64,000 nucleotides of DNA from a virus (Duplodnaviria; Caudoviricetes), in the IMG/VR virus record IMGVR_UViG_3300033076_001137, positions 1-64,000 of that record; one strand, written 5' to 3'. The notes below the pieces were generated by a model. The model did not search any database, was not told the DNA's origin, and saw only the letters and a program-made list of their open reading frames with translations. Made by a program: the position numbers and the translations under genes. Of this stretch, positions 8,505-16,902 are shown piece by piece (within the stretch, counting starts at the first letter, position 1; each line of letters opens with the position of its first letter).

Positions 8505-8903
8505 TTAGCGCTTGAAGCCGAAGCCGGTGCCGCCGAGAGCAACACCACGGGAACCACGAGAACGAAGCACGGAGCGGATCTCCTTGCGGACAGCCTCACG
8601 GACAGCCTGCTCTTCCTTCATCTCCTCTTCCATCTCCTTCTTCGCAGCCGAGAGCTCGGCCTGGATCATCTCGCGAACGGCCTTCTCCTCGTCAGCTTCG
8701 GTCATGTCGTCGTCACCGCCCTCGGACATGTCGGCCTCCTCGGCCTCCGAGCTCTCGGTCGTAACCTCACCATTGAGGAAGAGCTCGTCCTCGACCTTAC
8801 CACCGCCGAAGTCACCAGCCTTAGCCTTCGCCTTGTCGCTGCCGTCCTTACCCTCGACCATGAGGCCAGAGAGCTTTGCAATTCTGTCTCTGTTGAAAAT
8901 CAT
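8505..8903 (-). CDS. Acidic hypothetical protein, probable head or scaffold-associated
   Basis: ORF 132 aa; DRIAKLSGL N-terminal motif; GGAGG RBS; ATATTTAA upstream. Confidence 0.8.
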   Translation of the reverse strand: MIFNRDRIAKLSGLMVEGKDGSDKAKAKAGDFGGGKVEDELFLNGEVTTESSEAEEADMSEGGDDDMTEADEEKAVREMIQAELSAAKKEMEEEMKEEQAVREAVRKEIRSVLRSRGSRGVALGGTGFGFKR

Positions 8904-8920
8904 TTTGGAATCCTCCGCAC

Positions 8921-8928
8921 TTAAATAT
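8921..8928 (-). promoter_or_regulatory. ATANTTA(A) motif, putative late promoter
   Basis: ATATTTAA 18 nt upstream of ATG 8903. Confidence 0.55.
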
Positions 8929-8935
8929 TAGGCAA

Positions 8936-9592
8936 TTAGCAAACTGTCTCTAGAACGAAAGTGTAATATGAGTCAGACTGCTCAAGTTTAACTATTCTCT
9001 CTTCAAGCTTCTTTCTTGTCTTTTGCGCGCGGGTGGAAGTAGCTTCTAAAGTTGCCTTCATGGACGCGAGATCTCTTTCGCGTCCATCAATCACGTCGCC
9101 CCATAGCACGTGACACTTCTTCATCGCGTTGTACTTCTTCATTTTCGCGCGTCCGCGTGAAGTTGAAGATGGCGGGTAATAATCGCTAGCATCCAGTGAT
9201 TCGAAATAAAGAACATTGAATTTCTTAAACTCATGATCAGCGATCACGTAGAGATAATCTAGATTAGATTTCTTCTGTAGCGTGTCCCAATCTGTTTGCA
9301 GATTTATTCCGCCACTCTTAGATGGAGACGTAAGCTTGCACTCCAGCTCTCTGTCATCAGACAGATGTATATCTGGTCGTCCCGTCTTTCCATCCGAGAT
9401 AGCTTCGGGAAATGACCTCTTGAACGCCTCAACGAAGAAATGCTCCTGCGCAGCGGACATCATGATGTTGCGACGACCAATGTTACCATCGAAGTCCATG
9501 GTGTGCTTGTGGTACAACTCCCTGAGGTCAACCATAAAGCTCTGCATGGACTTCAACGCCTGTGACACTTCTTGCTTCGTGATATCGATCAT
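8936..9592 (-). CDS. PD-(D/E)XK restriction-endonuclease-like protein
   Basis: GRPDIHLSDDRELECK fits the PD...(D/E)xK active-site pattern. Confidence 0.6.
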   Translation of the reverse strand: MIDITKQEVSQALKSMQSFMVDLRELYHKHTMDFDGNIGRRNIMMSAAQEHFFVEAFKRSFPEAISDGKTGRPDIHLSDDRELECKLTSPSKSGGINLQTDWDTLQKKSNLDYLYVIADHEFKKFNVLYFESLDASDYYPPSSTSRGRAKMKKYNAMKKCHVLWGDVIDGRERDLASMKATLEATSTRAQKTRKKLEERIVKLEQSDSYYTFVLETVC

Positions 9593-9622
9593 ATGCGATC
9601 TTAATCAAGAGATCTTCAATTT

Positions 9623-9967
9623 TCAGCCGCCGACGTTGCCTCGAATATTTTTCGTAATAGCGACGCCCTTTCTAGTCGCGGAGCGAAGAGGCTCAAGTCC
9701 AAGCAAAGATCGACACTTGTCGTATTCTTCCTCAGTCAGACCGGCCTTGAGAACCCCAAGATCGACGAATTGGCGCAGATCCATCTCGATGACCGGTACC
9801 TCCTCGCCTTCAGATCCTGGCTCAAACTCTCCCGTAGGACGAGAAATGAAGATGAAAAGAAGCTTTGGGTCCTCCTGGTCAGGAGGGACATGGATGAATG
9901 GAAGCTGTCCTTCACCCTCTTCATAGACGATCTCCGGTATCCACTGCTTGTTATTACGATTGCTCAT
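9623..9967 (-). CDS. Hypothetical protein
   Basis: ORF 114 aa. Confidence 0.75.
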   Translation of the reverse strand: MSNRNNKQWIPEIVYEEGEGQLPFIHVPPDQEDPKLLFIFISRPTGEFEPGSEGEEVPVIEMDLRQFVDLGVLKAGLTEEEYDKCRSLLGLEPLRSATRKGVAITKNIRGNVGG

Positions 9968-10012
9968 ACAGAGATTTTAGACTTTGACTCTCGAACATAA
10001 ACGAAAAATTCG

Positions 10013-11164
10013 TTATTTTCCGACTTGCTGAGTGGTCGTCTGAATTTTGTTGAGCAACGAGTCCATCGCGTCAACGTATTGCTTACCCTCAGGTGTTTGA
10101 ACGAGCAACTTTTTAGCCTCTGGGTCCAATGGGAGATTCATCGACTCGAGGATATTTTTGGATCTTTCTTCGACCATCTTCATCAAAGATTGCTGAGCGG
10201 GAGATTTCACCAAAATGAACGAGGCTTTCTTAAGAAGCTCAAGATCATCTTTAGCTTGAAGATTAGGGAACTTCTTTTTAATTGAAGCAGCTTCTTTAGC
10301 GAATTTCTCGGGATCTTCCTTCTGCGTTTTTGCTAGATCTGAGGCTATGGAAGTTTCGACCCCAGCTATCGAGCTCACGTTTATACCGAAATCTTTTAAT
10401 GCGGGCGATCCGACGGCTGCTACAAGCTGTTGATAGTCCTCAGCTCGAAGAACTGCGTTCACCGCCTCGATCTGCGGGATCATAGACGCCATGAGCTGAT
10501 TGGCCCTATCGATCTGCATCTTAAAAAATTCTTTCGCTTTCTGCTGAAGGCGGCCGGCTGCGGCCTGCTGCTCCTTGCTCAGGACGGGAGCCCGGGCGGG
10601 AGCGGGTGAAGGAGGCGCCGCAGCCTCGCTGAGATTGGAATCCGAGCGGTATCCGAAAAATTTCATAGCCGCGTTTAAGCGATCGCTAACAGCGACCGAA
10701 GGCGAAGAACTTTTCGTGGTCTCAGAGGATTGATCTTTCGGGCTGTCCGACGGACCTCTCAGGCTGCTAGGGCTGCTATCGGGTGACATCATCATCGATG
10801 CGCCTAGAAACGGATTCGCGGCGAAAGCGACTGACATCGCGATCCCTTTCTCAAGTGGGCTGTCGCCGACCGCGCTTCTGAAGTACTTTAAATCGTCCCT
10901 CATTCCTGCGTGTATTTCGTCGCGCTTCGCCTTGAAGTCTTCGAAGTTCTTGTTGATAGCAGCTTGATCACCCTTAAAAGAATTTGCGATAACCTTCGCA
11001 TTCAGCGCGAGAGTATGACCGAGCAGCTTTAAAGACTTCCACGAAGAAGTGAATATGGCGCCGAAAGATGAGAGGATATCGCTCGCAGCCTTGCTTGACA
11101 GCGTCATGTAGCTAGGATAGTAGACTATCCTTTCGCTGAGCAATGTCCTCTCAGATTTTATCAT
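10013..11164 (-). CDS. Hypothetical protein, probable virion protein
   Basis: ORF 383 aa; Ser/Pro linker and LSEAAAPP motif. Confidence 0.75.
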   Translation of the reverse strand: MIKSERTLLSERIVYYPSYMTLSSKAASDILSSFGAIFTSSWKSLKLLGHTLALNAKVIANSFKGDQAAINKNFEDFKAKRDEIHAGMRDDLKYFRSAVGDSPLEKGIAMSVAFAANPFLGASMMMSPDSSPSSLRGPSDSPKDQSSETTKSSSPSVAVSDRLNAAMKFFGYRSDSNLSEAAAPPSPAPARAPVLSKEQQAAAGRLQQKAKEFFKMQIDRANQLMASMIPQIEAVNAVLRAEDYQQLVAAVGSPALKDFGINVSSIAGVETSIASDLAKTQKEDPEKFAKEAASIKKKFPNLQAKDDLELLKKASFILVKSPAQQSLMKMVEERSKNILESMNLPLDPEAKKLLVQTPEGKQYVDAMDSLLNKIQTTTQQVGK

Positions 11165-11664
11165 CCGCCGACCTTAATAGGAACTGGACCTGGTGTTGGA
11201 GCAGGTGCTGCGGCTGCAGCCGGGGTAGGAGCTTGAGCGGCGTTCGAAGATTTCGCGCCGAGCGACTTCTTGATTTGAAGCGCGTAGGGGTCCATCGGAT
11301 CTGCCGCTTCCTGTGAATCGATTCCGCTGGTCAGTATCTGTCCAAGACCCTGAAGGAATGCTAGCAGAGCGGTCTTCTCATCCTCGTCGAATTGATTGAC
11401 GTACTCCTCAAGCTCACGTTTCACGTCCAGATCTTTCGTGGATCTTCCGGAGCGCACTACGTTTAGCTTCTCGACGATGTCCTCTACGGTGATAGGCTTT
11501 TTTTCCTCACCAACAGCAGGAGTCGTCTCAGCAGAAGTTTCGGGAGCAGCGGCCGGAGCCTGCGCAGCAGCTGGTTCAGCAGCTGGTTCAGCAGTCGGTT
11601 CATCAGCTTCGCGAAGCATGCGAAGATAGCTGATGAGCTCCCTCTCACTCTTTATTCTTCTCAT
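11161..11664 (-). CDS. Hypothetical protein with Pro/Ala-rich linkers
   Basis: ORF 167 aa; LREADEP motif; ATGA overlaps on both sides. Confidence 0.75.
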   Translation of the reverse strand: MRRIKSERELISYLRMLREADEPTAEPAAEPAAAQAPAAAPETSAETTPAVGEEKKPITVEDIVEKLNVVRSGRSTKDLDVKRELEEYVNQFDEDEKTALLAFLQGLGQILTSGIDSQEAADPMDPYALQIKKSLGAKSSNAAQAPTPAAAAAPAPTPGPVPIKVGG

Positions 11665-11840
11665 TCGTCACCGCCAGTATTGTAAGTGATTCGATTGTGC
11701 TGATGCTCGCGGTAGCGAGAATTCTGCTGGCGAGCGGGAGTGTCAGCGTGATGATCGGCGTAATGCTTCACTCGGGCACGCTGCTCCTCTTCTCGACGAA
11801 CGATGTCCTGCATGAACTTGTCGAAATCGTACTCTGTCAT
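11661..11840 (-). CDS. Small hypothetical protein (59 aa; not in the ORF track)
   Basis: MTEYDFDKFMQDIVRREEEQRARVKHY...; GAGG RBS, ATATTTAA at 11864-11857, ATGA overlap with the next gene. Confidence 0.7.
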   Translation of the reverse strand: MTEYDFDKFMQDIVRREEEQRARVKHYADHHADTPARQQNSRYREHQHNRITYNTGGDE

Positions 11841-11842
11841 GA

Positions 11843-12208
11843 TTACCTCAGTAGACTTAAATATGCCCGACCAAACTCTAGCTTAAAAATTCTGGCGTTA
11901 AACTGCTCACCCAGAATCAGAACGTTCAGCTGCGAGTTCTGCATTAGGGCTTTCGCGAATTGAGGACGATGACTAGTCACGTCAAGGCAGGCTATCAGCC
12001 CGTCCTTTGAAGTTTCAATCGAGACTAGCTGCTCATCCGACGAGAATGAATCCGACTCAACGTAAGCCGTCAGCGGCTGATCGATAGTGGCTGGAACGCT
12101 TTCGTTCGTTTCTCCGAAATCGACGTCCAGCCCATTAGACATCAGAACATACGATGCTGAATCGTCTAACGCCAGTTGAGGCCCATGTCTTCGTGTATCA
12201 TGTCGCAT
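11843..12208 (-). CDS. Hypothetical protein; start uncertain (possibly 12142)
   Basis: ORF filling the gap between co-oriented genes. Confidence 0.55.
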   Translation of the reverse strand: MRHDTRRHGPQLALDDSASYVLMSNGLDVDFGETNESVPATIDQPLTAYVESDSFSSDEQLVSIETSKDGLIACLDVTSHRPQFAKALMQNSQLNVLILGEQFNARIFKLEFGRAYLSLLR

Positions 12209-12552
12209 TCGTTGGCGTACTCCTTGTCTAACTCGGTGATCGCGTCGAGGTCATGAGTTCTAACCCCGATATGGATCGTTGATCCAGCGATCCGAATGTC
12301 GCCGTGATGATTGCATCGCTCCTCGTAGTCCAGAAGCTGATCTAGAAACGATCTCATCGTGCCACGATCATGAAACTCATAGGTTCTACAAAGGCGCTCT
12401 GGATTTTTTTCGACGTACCACTTGCTGGTGTTTCGAGGTGAGATCGGTAGAGAGCGTGTGTCCGCACGAAAGTCTCTGAGACGGAGATCGGGTTGAGCCA
12501 TCTCCATCTCAAAGTATTCCCTCAGCAGGCTCGAGACCCGTTGAGTTTTCAT
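12166..12552 (-). CDS. Pterin-4-alpha-carbinolamine dehydratase-like protein with N-terminal extension
   Basis: W...L.RTYEF....F......E..NHHGDI......I...THD...ITELD matches the PCD/PhhB pattern. Confidence 0.8.
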   Translation of the reverse strand: MKTQRVSSLLREYFEMEMAQPDLRLRDFRADTRSLPISPRNTSKWYVEKNPERLCRTYEFHDRGTMRSFLDQLLDYEERCNHHGDIRIAGSTIHIGVRTHDLDAITELDKEYANECDMIHEDMGLNWR

Positions 12553-12555
12553 TCC

Positions 12556-14211
12556 CTATTTCCTCGAAGTTTTTTTAGCAGCCTTTTCAGCATCTGAAGC
12601 AGCCTTTCTGGATGCTCTATCCGCCGTCTTGATCTGCCCGACCATGGGCTCATCTTTGCCCATATAATCAGCGATGTGAAGCTCAGGAGGCTTGGTAGAG
12701 GAGGCTGCTTTCTTCATCGTAGAGAACGCAGGAGCTTCGTAGCTTCCGAACTCTAGCTTGTCGAGATCCTCTGCGGTTAGCGTCGCAGCAGCCGTTAATA
12801 GATTACGATAGCCATGCTCCGCCGCTTGGTCAAGAATTTCCTCCACAGCATCGACGTACTCGCCACGACGTCCCATGTCTCGTAGCTGCATCTCCTCGTG
12901 TGGCTGAAGCTTCTTGTTCTCATCTCCGAATTCAGTCTGGAAGGCATTGGCGATCTTACGACCGGGACGGCCACCGAAGGGTTTGAAGTTGAGGTCAGCA
13001 ATGGATGAAAGAGCCTCGTACGTTACCGTTCCCACGAAATTTTGGTAAATGTGAGATTGGGCGAGAGCGCTAGGATCGCTCACAAGCTCTCTGTAATCGT
13101 CGAGACCCTCCTTTTCGAGCAGGGCCTCCAAGAACTCTTGGTTCTCATCGAGCTCGAAAGCATCCTTGAAAGCTGCGTAGATCTGACTTTCAACTTGTCT
13201 ACGTACGGCCGGTGGAGCAACGAAAGCAGCGATCGAGCGGATCGACAGAATGTCTCTGATAAACGACTGACGAAGGCCAGAAGCAGCGGCGTAGCCGAAG
13301 GGCTTCGCAGCGTGCTGGTACTCGAACTTCTGACGTGGCTCTCTCTTGAGAGCGAGGAGCTCCTTCTCACGTGCATCTACAAGCTGCGGGAACTGCTGGA
13401 TGAAATTCACCATGATGTCCCACTTGCCCTGATCTCTGTGAGAATCAGACTCGCGCTGCGCCTTTTCAAAAGACTTCGCGATTCCCTTGTCGCTCATATT
13501 TTTCAGCATCAGATCGAAGAACTCATTGAATTCCTGCATGGTAAGTCCGCTCACCTCGCTGGGATCTTCAACCTCAGAGTTTCTCCTGATCTGCTTGATG
13601 ATGTAATCAGCGAGATTACGATTCTTAATACCGATCGCGCTCAAAGCGTCCTGGAGCTTCCCATATGAAGCGTCCATGCTCTGGGGACGGGCGAAGGCAA
13701 CGTCTGCTTGACGACGCAGCTCCTGTCCCATCTCACGTTCCATGCGTGCGAGCTCCTCCTCGTCCTCCTCGAAATCATCGTCCGATGCTTCGCGCATCAG
13801 CTTACGACTCCTACGATAGAAGCTTTCGAACTTCTTGAGAAGGTCGACGTTTTCGTCAGAATCCTCCTCACTGTCCTCGTCCTCTTCTAGATTCTCTAGA
13901 ACCTTCTGGAACTCTCGATATGCCTTCTCCACGAGATCAGCAGGCACCATTTCGGCGAGAGTCTGAACAGCGTATCCTAACTCGCGAGAGTTCTCAGGTA
14001 CGTAATCCGGATCGTCCACAGGGGGACGCTCTGTGTCGAGCTGGACAGACATCCTGTCCGTCGGTGAAAGAGGAAGGCCCTTGGGAAGCGAAGAGTTGTC
14101 GGGACCAACCGTCAATCTACGTGAAACTCCGCTATCTGGGGCAGGAGACTCAAAAAGATGCTTCTTGATGATACTCTGTAGAACAGACTTTTTAACTTTA
14201 ACGTCGGACAT
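12556..14211 (-). CDS. Large acidic hypothetical protein, probable virion-internal
   Basis: ORF 551 aa; LFES and LMREA motifs; ATACTTAA upstream (14248-14241). Confidence 0.75.
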   Translation of the reverse strand: MSDVKVKKSVLQSIIKKHLFESPAPDSGVSRRLTVGPDNSSLPKGLPLSPTDRMSVQLDTERPPVDDPDYVPENSRELGYAVQTLAEMVPADLVEKAYREFQKVLENLEEDEDSEEDSDENVDLLKKFESFYRRSRKLMREASDDDFEEDEEELARMEREMGQELRRQADVAFARPQSMDASYGKLQDALSAIGIKNRNLADYIIKQIRRNSEVEDPSEVSGLTMQEFNEFFDLMLKNMSDKGIAKSFEKAQRESDSHRDQGKWDIMVNFIQQFPQLVDAREKELLALKREPRQKFEYQHAAKPFGYAAASGLRQSFIRDILSIRSIAAFVAPPAVRRQVESQIYAAFKDAFELDENQEFLEALLEKEGLDDYRELVSDPSALAQSHIYQNFVGTVTYEALSSIADLNFKPFGGRPGRKIANAFQTEFGDENKKLQPHEEMQLRDMGRRGEYVDAVEEILDQAAEHGYRNLLTAAATLTAEDLDKLEFGSYEAPAFSTMKKAASSTKPPELHIADYMGKDEPMVGQIKTADRASRKAASDAEKAAKKTSRK

Positions 14212-14261
14212 ATCGTACTCTCTTTAGTAGAAATTCTTCTTTAAGTATTTCCAGAAACAGA

Positions 14262-14286
14262 AAAAGCCGCCACATGGACGGCTTTT
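14262..14286 (-). terminator. Rho-independent terminator
   Basis: AAAAGCCG...CGGCTTTT inverted repeat with a T tract on the minus strand, after the lipoprotein gene. Confidence 0.75.
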
Positions 14287-14311
14287 CCCTCCCTCACGCA
14301 AGACGATGCGA

Positions 14312-14572
14312 TCAGTTCGACTTCGTCTCGGTCGTCGTGGCGGTGGTACCGCTGACGTTGACGTTGACGTTGGTCGTACCGTTGACGACGTCCGTCGTCG
14401 TCGCGTCCGTTGTTGTCGTCACGGAAGCAGCCTCGGCGGCGACGGGTGCGACGGGGGCAGCCTCGACTGCGGGGGCAGCCTCGGGAGCGGCGGCGGGAGC
14501 AGTCTCCTCCTTGCTGCAGGCGGTGAGGAGAGTAAGAGCGCAGAGAGCTGCGGTAGTGGTGACGTTCTTCAT
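14312..14572 (-). CDS. Small lipoprotein
   Basis: MKNVTTTAALCALTLLTAC: basic N-terminus, hydrophobic core, LTAC lipobox; Ala/Pro/Thr-rich mature part. Confidence 0.8.
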   Translation of the reverse strand: MKNVTTTAALCALTLLTACSKEETAPAAAPEAAPAVEAAPVAPVAAEAASVTTTTDATTTDVVNGTTNVNVNVSGTTATTTETKSN

Positions 14573-14588
14573 TTTTTTCTTCCTTTTG

Positions 14589-14843
14589 TTAATTGATCAA
14601 ATCATCGTCAGACTTTTTCACTGTGAATGTCTTCCGAGAGTTCTTTTGAGAGATTTCGAGGAGTGCGATGTGTGATGCCACAGTTCGTATGTCCTTCGCC
14701 ATCTGCTCACTGAACTTACCTAAGATATTAATCACTTCTGCCAGCTGTTCAAGTTTTTTTTCATTTTCTTCAAGCCGAATACGAAGTTCTTGAAGATCTT
14801 TCTCTCGCTGAAGGAGATCGATCATTTTCGAGAAAGGGTTCAA
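14589..14843 (-). CDS. Hypothetical coiled-coil protein
   Basis: ORF 84 aa. Confidence 0.7.
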   Translation of the reverse strand: MNPFSKMIDLLQREKDLQELRIRLEENEKKLEQLAEVINILGKFSEQMAKDIRTVASHIALLEISQKNSRKTFTVKKSDDDLIN

Positions 14844-15157
14844 AGATCTCCCCCATTCTTAGAAATGAAATCGTAGATGTCATCAGAGTCTTGAACGGTT
14901 AACTTCTTTATTTTTTTCTCTCGCTTCAAACGCGCGAGATCATCCATCTTCTTGCCGAGGTATGAGTCATCATCACTCAGCAATCTAGCGAATTCGACGA
15001 ACATCTCTTGCAAAGAGAGCTTTTTCTGAAAACCCAAAACTCTCATGCTCGCATGCAACTCAGAAGGCATTTTTATGTGTACACACCTTCTGGGCGTCAA
15101 AACATGTTCAAGCTCTTTAGCCTGCAGCTCCACCGCTGCTTTTCGCGCCCGTTGCAT
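14840..15157 (-). CDS. Hypothetical protein (possible ribbon-helix-helix-like)
   Basis: ORF 105 aa; CVHIKMPSELHASMRVLGFQKKLSLQEMFVEFA fits a beta-alpha-alpha pattern. Confidence 0.55.
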   Translation of the reverse strand: MQRARKAAVELQAKELEHVLTPRRCVHIKMPSELHASMRVLGFQKKLSLQEMFVEFARLLSDDDSYLGKKMDDLARLKREKKIKKLTVQDSDDIYDFISKNGGDL

Positions 15158-15872
15158 ATGAGTCAGGTGGTTCTTCCTTCGGTTCCAACCTTATGTCGTA
15201 ATCTTTTCCTAGTAAACTGACAAGCTCGTCAGAGTAGCCCTGACCTTTCTTCGGATACTTGTCCTTAAGATATTTCTGAGCTTTTGTCACTACGCTTCCC
15301 TTGACATCAACAAGGGACGTGTAATTCTTTATAAGACGAGCGACGTCTCCTGCGAAAGAGTCCATATCGATCTCTGGCTCATCGCCCTCAGCCTCCATGA
15401 GGAAAGAGAGACGACGTTTTCTGAGGCTCTCGGTCTGTGTCTTATTCGACGCTTTCTTTATCGCAAGATCGTCAGCTTTCACCAGAAATTTCTCGATCGG
15501 ATCATCAGCGCTTGGAATTTTGGTTCCTTGAACTGGAGATGCAGTGGGAGTTCCCGGAGCTGGCGGGGCTCCAGGCGCCGTAGGAGCGGGCGGAGCACCT
15601 GGGGCTGCAGCTGGTGCAGCAGCGCCAAGACCTGCGAGAGGATCGGGTGCAGCAGCTCCAGCGGTGGGATCAGGTGCAGGGGCTGCCGCTGCCGCTGCAG
15701 GATCTGCGGGTGCAGCAGTGGGATCCGCGGGCGGTGTGGTGGGATCAGGTGCAGGGGCTGCCGCTGCAGGATCTGCGGGAGGATCGCCCTCAGCCTCAAG
15801 CAGAAAGCGCATGCTGGTCCCGTACATTTCCTTGATGACGCTCTTACGTAGAGCCCTCTTGTCAAGTCTCAT
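15117..15872 (-). CDS. Hypothetical protein with long Pro/Ala linker
   Basis: ORF 251 aa; FLLEAE and FLMEAE motifs; duplicated DNA repeat in the linker. Confidence 0.75.
   Translation of the reverse strand: MRLDKRALRKSVIKEMYGTSMRFLLEAEGDPPADPAAAAPAPDPTTPPADPTAAPADPAAAAAAPAPDPTAGAAAPDPLAGLGAAAPAAAPGAPPAPTAPGAPPAPGTPTASPVQGTKIPSADDPIEKFLVKADDLAIKKASNKTQTESLRKRRLSFLMEAEGDEPEIDMDSFAGDVARLIKNYTSLVDVKGSVVTKAQKYLKDKYPKKGQGYSDELVSLLGKDYDIRLEPKEEPPDSYATGAKSSGGAAG
15666..15778. repeat. Direct repeat in a Pro/Ala linker
   Basis: GTGGGATCAGGTGCAGGGGCTGCCGCTGC occurs twice. Confidence 0.75.
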
Positions 15873-16594
15873 TTCGCAGCCTCCACCATACGCTCTATCC
15901 TACGGACCCTCTCCTCTATGAGCGCCCAACGAAGCTCCTTCATCATAGAAAAGATGTAAGAGCGACGATCCTTGAGGTAGTCACGATAGTATGAGTGCTC
16001 CCAGCAATCAAGTACGATCACGGGATGAGCCGAGAAAGGAATTCCGACGTTGTGAAGATCAACCACCACGTTGACGTAGCGCTTGAGAAGGAAGCTGTAG
16101 GCGGTGACGACCCAGCCATTTCTTGAAGCCATGGCGCATGCGATAAAATCTCGCTGCCAAGCATCGAAGCTTCCGAAATCCCTCTCAAGACGCATGTACG
16201 TGAGAGAGTCCATCGCAATATTCGATCTCACGTCAGAGATATTTTCGAAAAACATACCGTGGAGGAACGCAGCGTTGACGTTGTGAACCTCGTCCAGCTT
16301 CAAATTTCTGAACGCTGAGTTATTGGGATTCGAATTCTCGCGATCGGCAGTGTCAAGCGCCGCTGAGATCTCGTTGGCAGCCTTAACGTAGCCGTCCATG
16401 AGCTCCTGATGCGCAGCCTTGTTCTCCTCGCTGAGCTTCTCCGTGGTAAGGTCGTACTTATTGCTCGAGAGAACGTAAGCTTCGTTAAGAGGAGCTGGGC
16501 GAGTCTCTTGCTTCTTCGGCAGCGTGAGCGACTCCCTAATTATCGCGACGATGTCCTGGTCCGTTATTCCTTCGATGTTACTCGGCTTTTTCAT
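15869..16594 (-). CDS. Fe/Mn superoxide dismutase with N-terminal extension
   Basis: Metal ligands AAHQE, FLHGMFF, DCWEHSYY; ERDFGSFDAW; about 38 aa extra N-terminus ending in LNE. Confidence 0.88.
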   Translation of the reverse strand: MKKPSNIEGITDQDIVAIIRESLTLPKKQETRPAPLNEAYVLSSNKYDLTTEKLSEENKAAHQELMDGYVKAANEISAALDTADRENSNPNNSAFRNLKLDEVHNVNAAFLHGMFFENISDVRSNIAMDSLTYMRLERDFGSFDAWQRDFIACAMASRNGWVVTAYSFLLKRYVNVVVDLHNVGIPFSAHPVIVLDCWEHSYYRDYLKDRRSYIFSMMKELRWALIEERVRRIERMVEAAK

Positions 16595-16608
16595 TCGAAT
16601 GTAATCCT

Positions 16609-16902
16609 TTACTTAAATTTTGCTTCGAACTCTTCGAGAGAGTAGGATTTCGTGGGTGTACCGACCATAGGACCAGTTATATCCGTAGCAGACATCACGC
16701 TGATCTTCAGTCCATGCTCCGTAGGAATCACGCTGTGTATGGTGAATTTCTCACCTGTAGATTTCTCAGTGACCTCTAGACCAGCAGCGTTCAGTATTTC
16801 CTTTCCTGATTTGCTGAGCTCCATCTCTAGAAGAGTGGAGTAGATTCTGCTTTCGTACTGCTCGCGCATAATCTCGATGATTCCGTCTTTTCTACGCTTC
16901 AT
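16609..16902 (-). CDS. Hypothetical protein
   Basis: Start MKRRKDG at 16902 (ATGA overlap). Confidence 0.7.
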   Translation of the reverse strand: MKRRKDGIIEIMREQYESRIYSTLLEMELSKSGKEILNAAGLEVTEKSTGEKFTIHSVIPTEHGLKISVMSATDITGPMVGTPTKSYSLEEFEAKFK

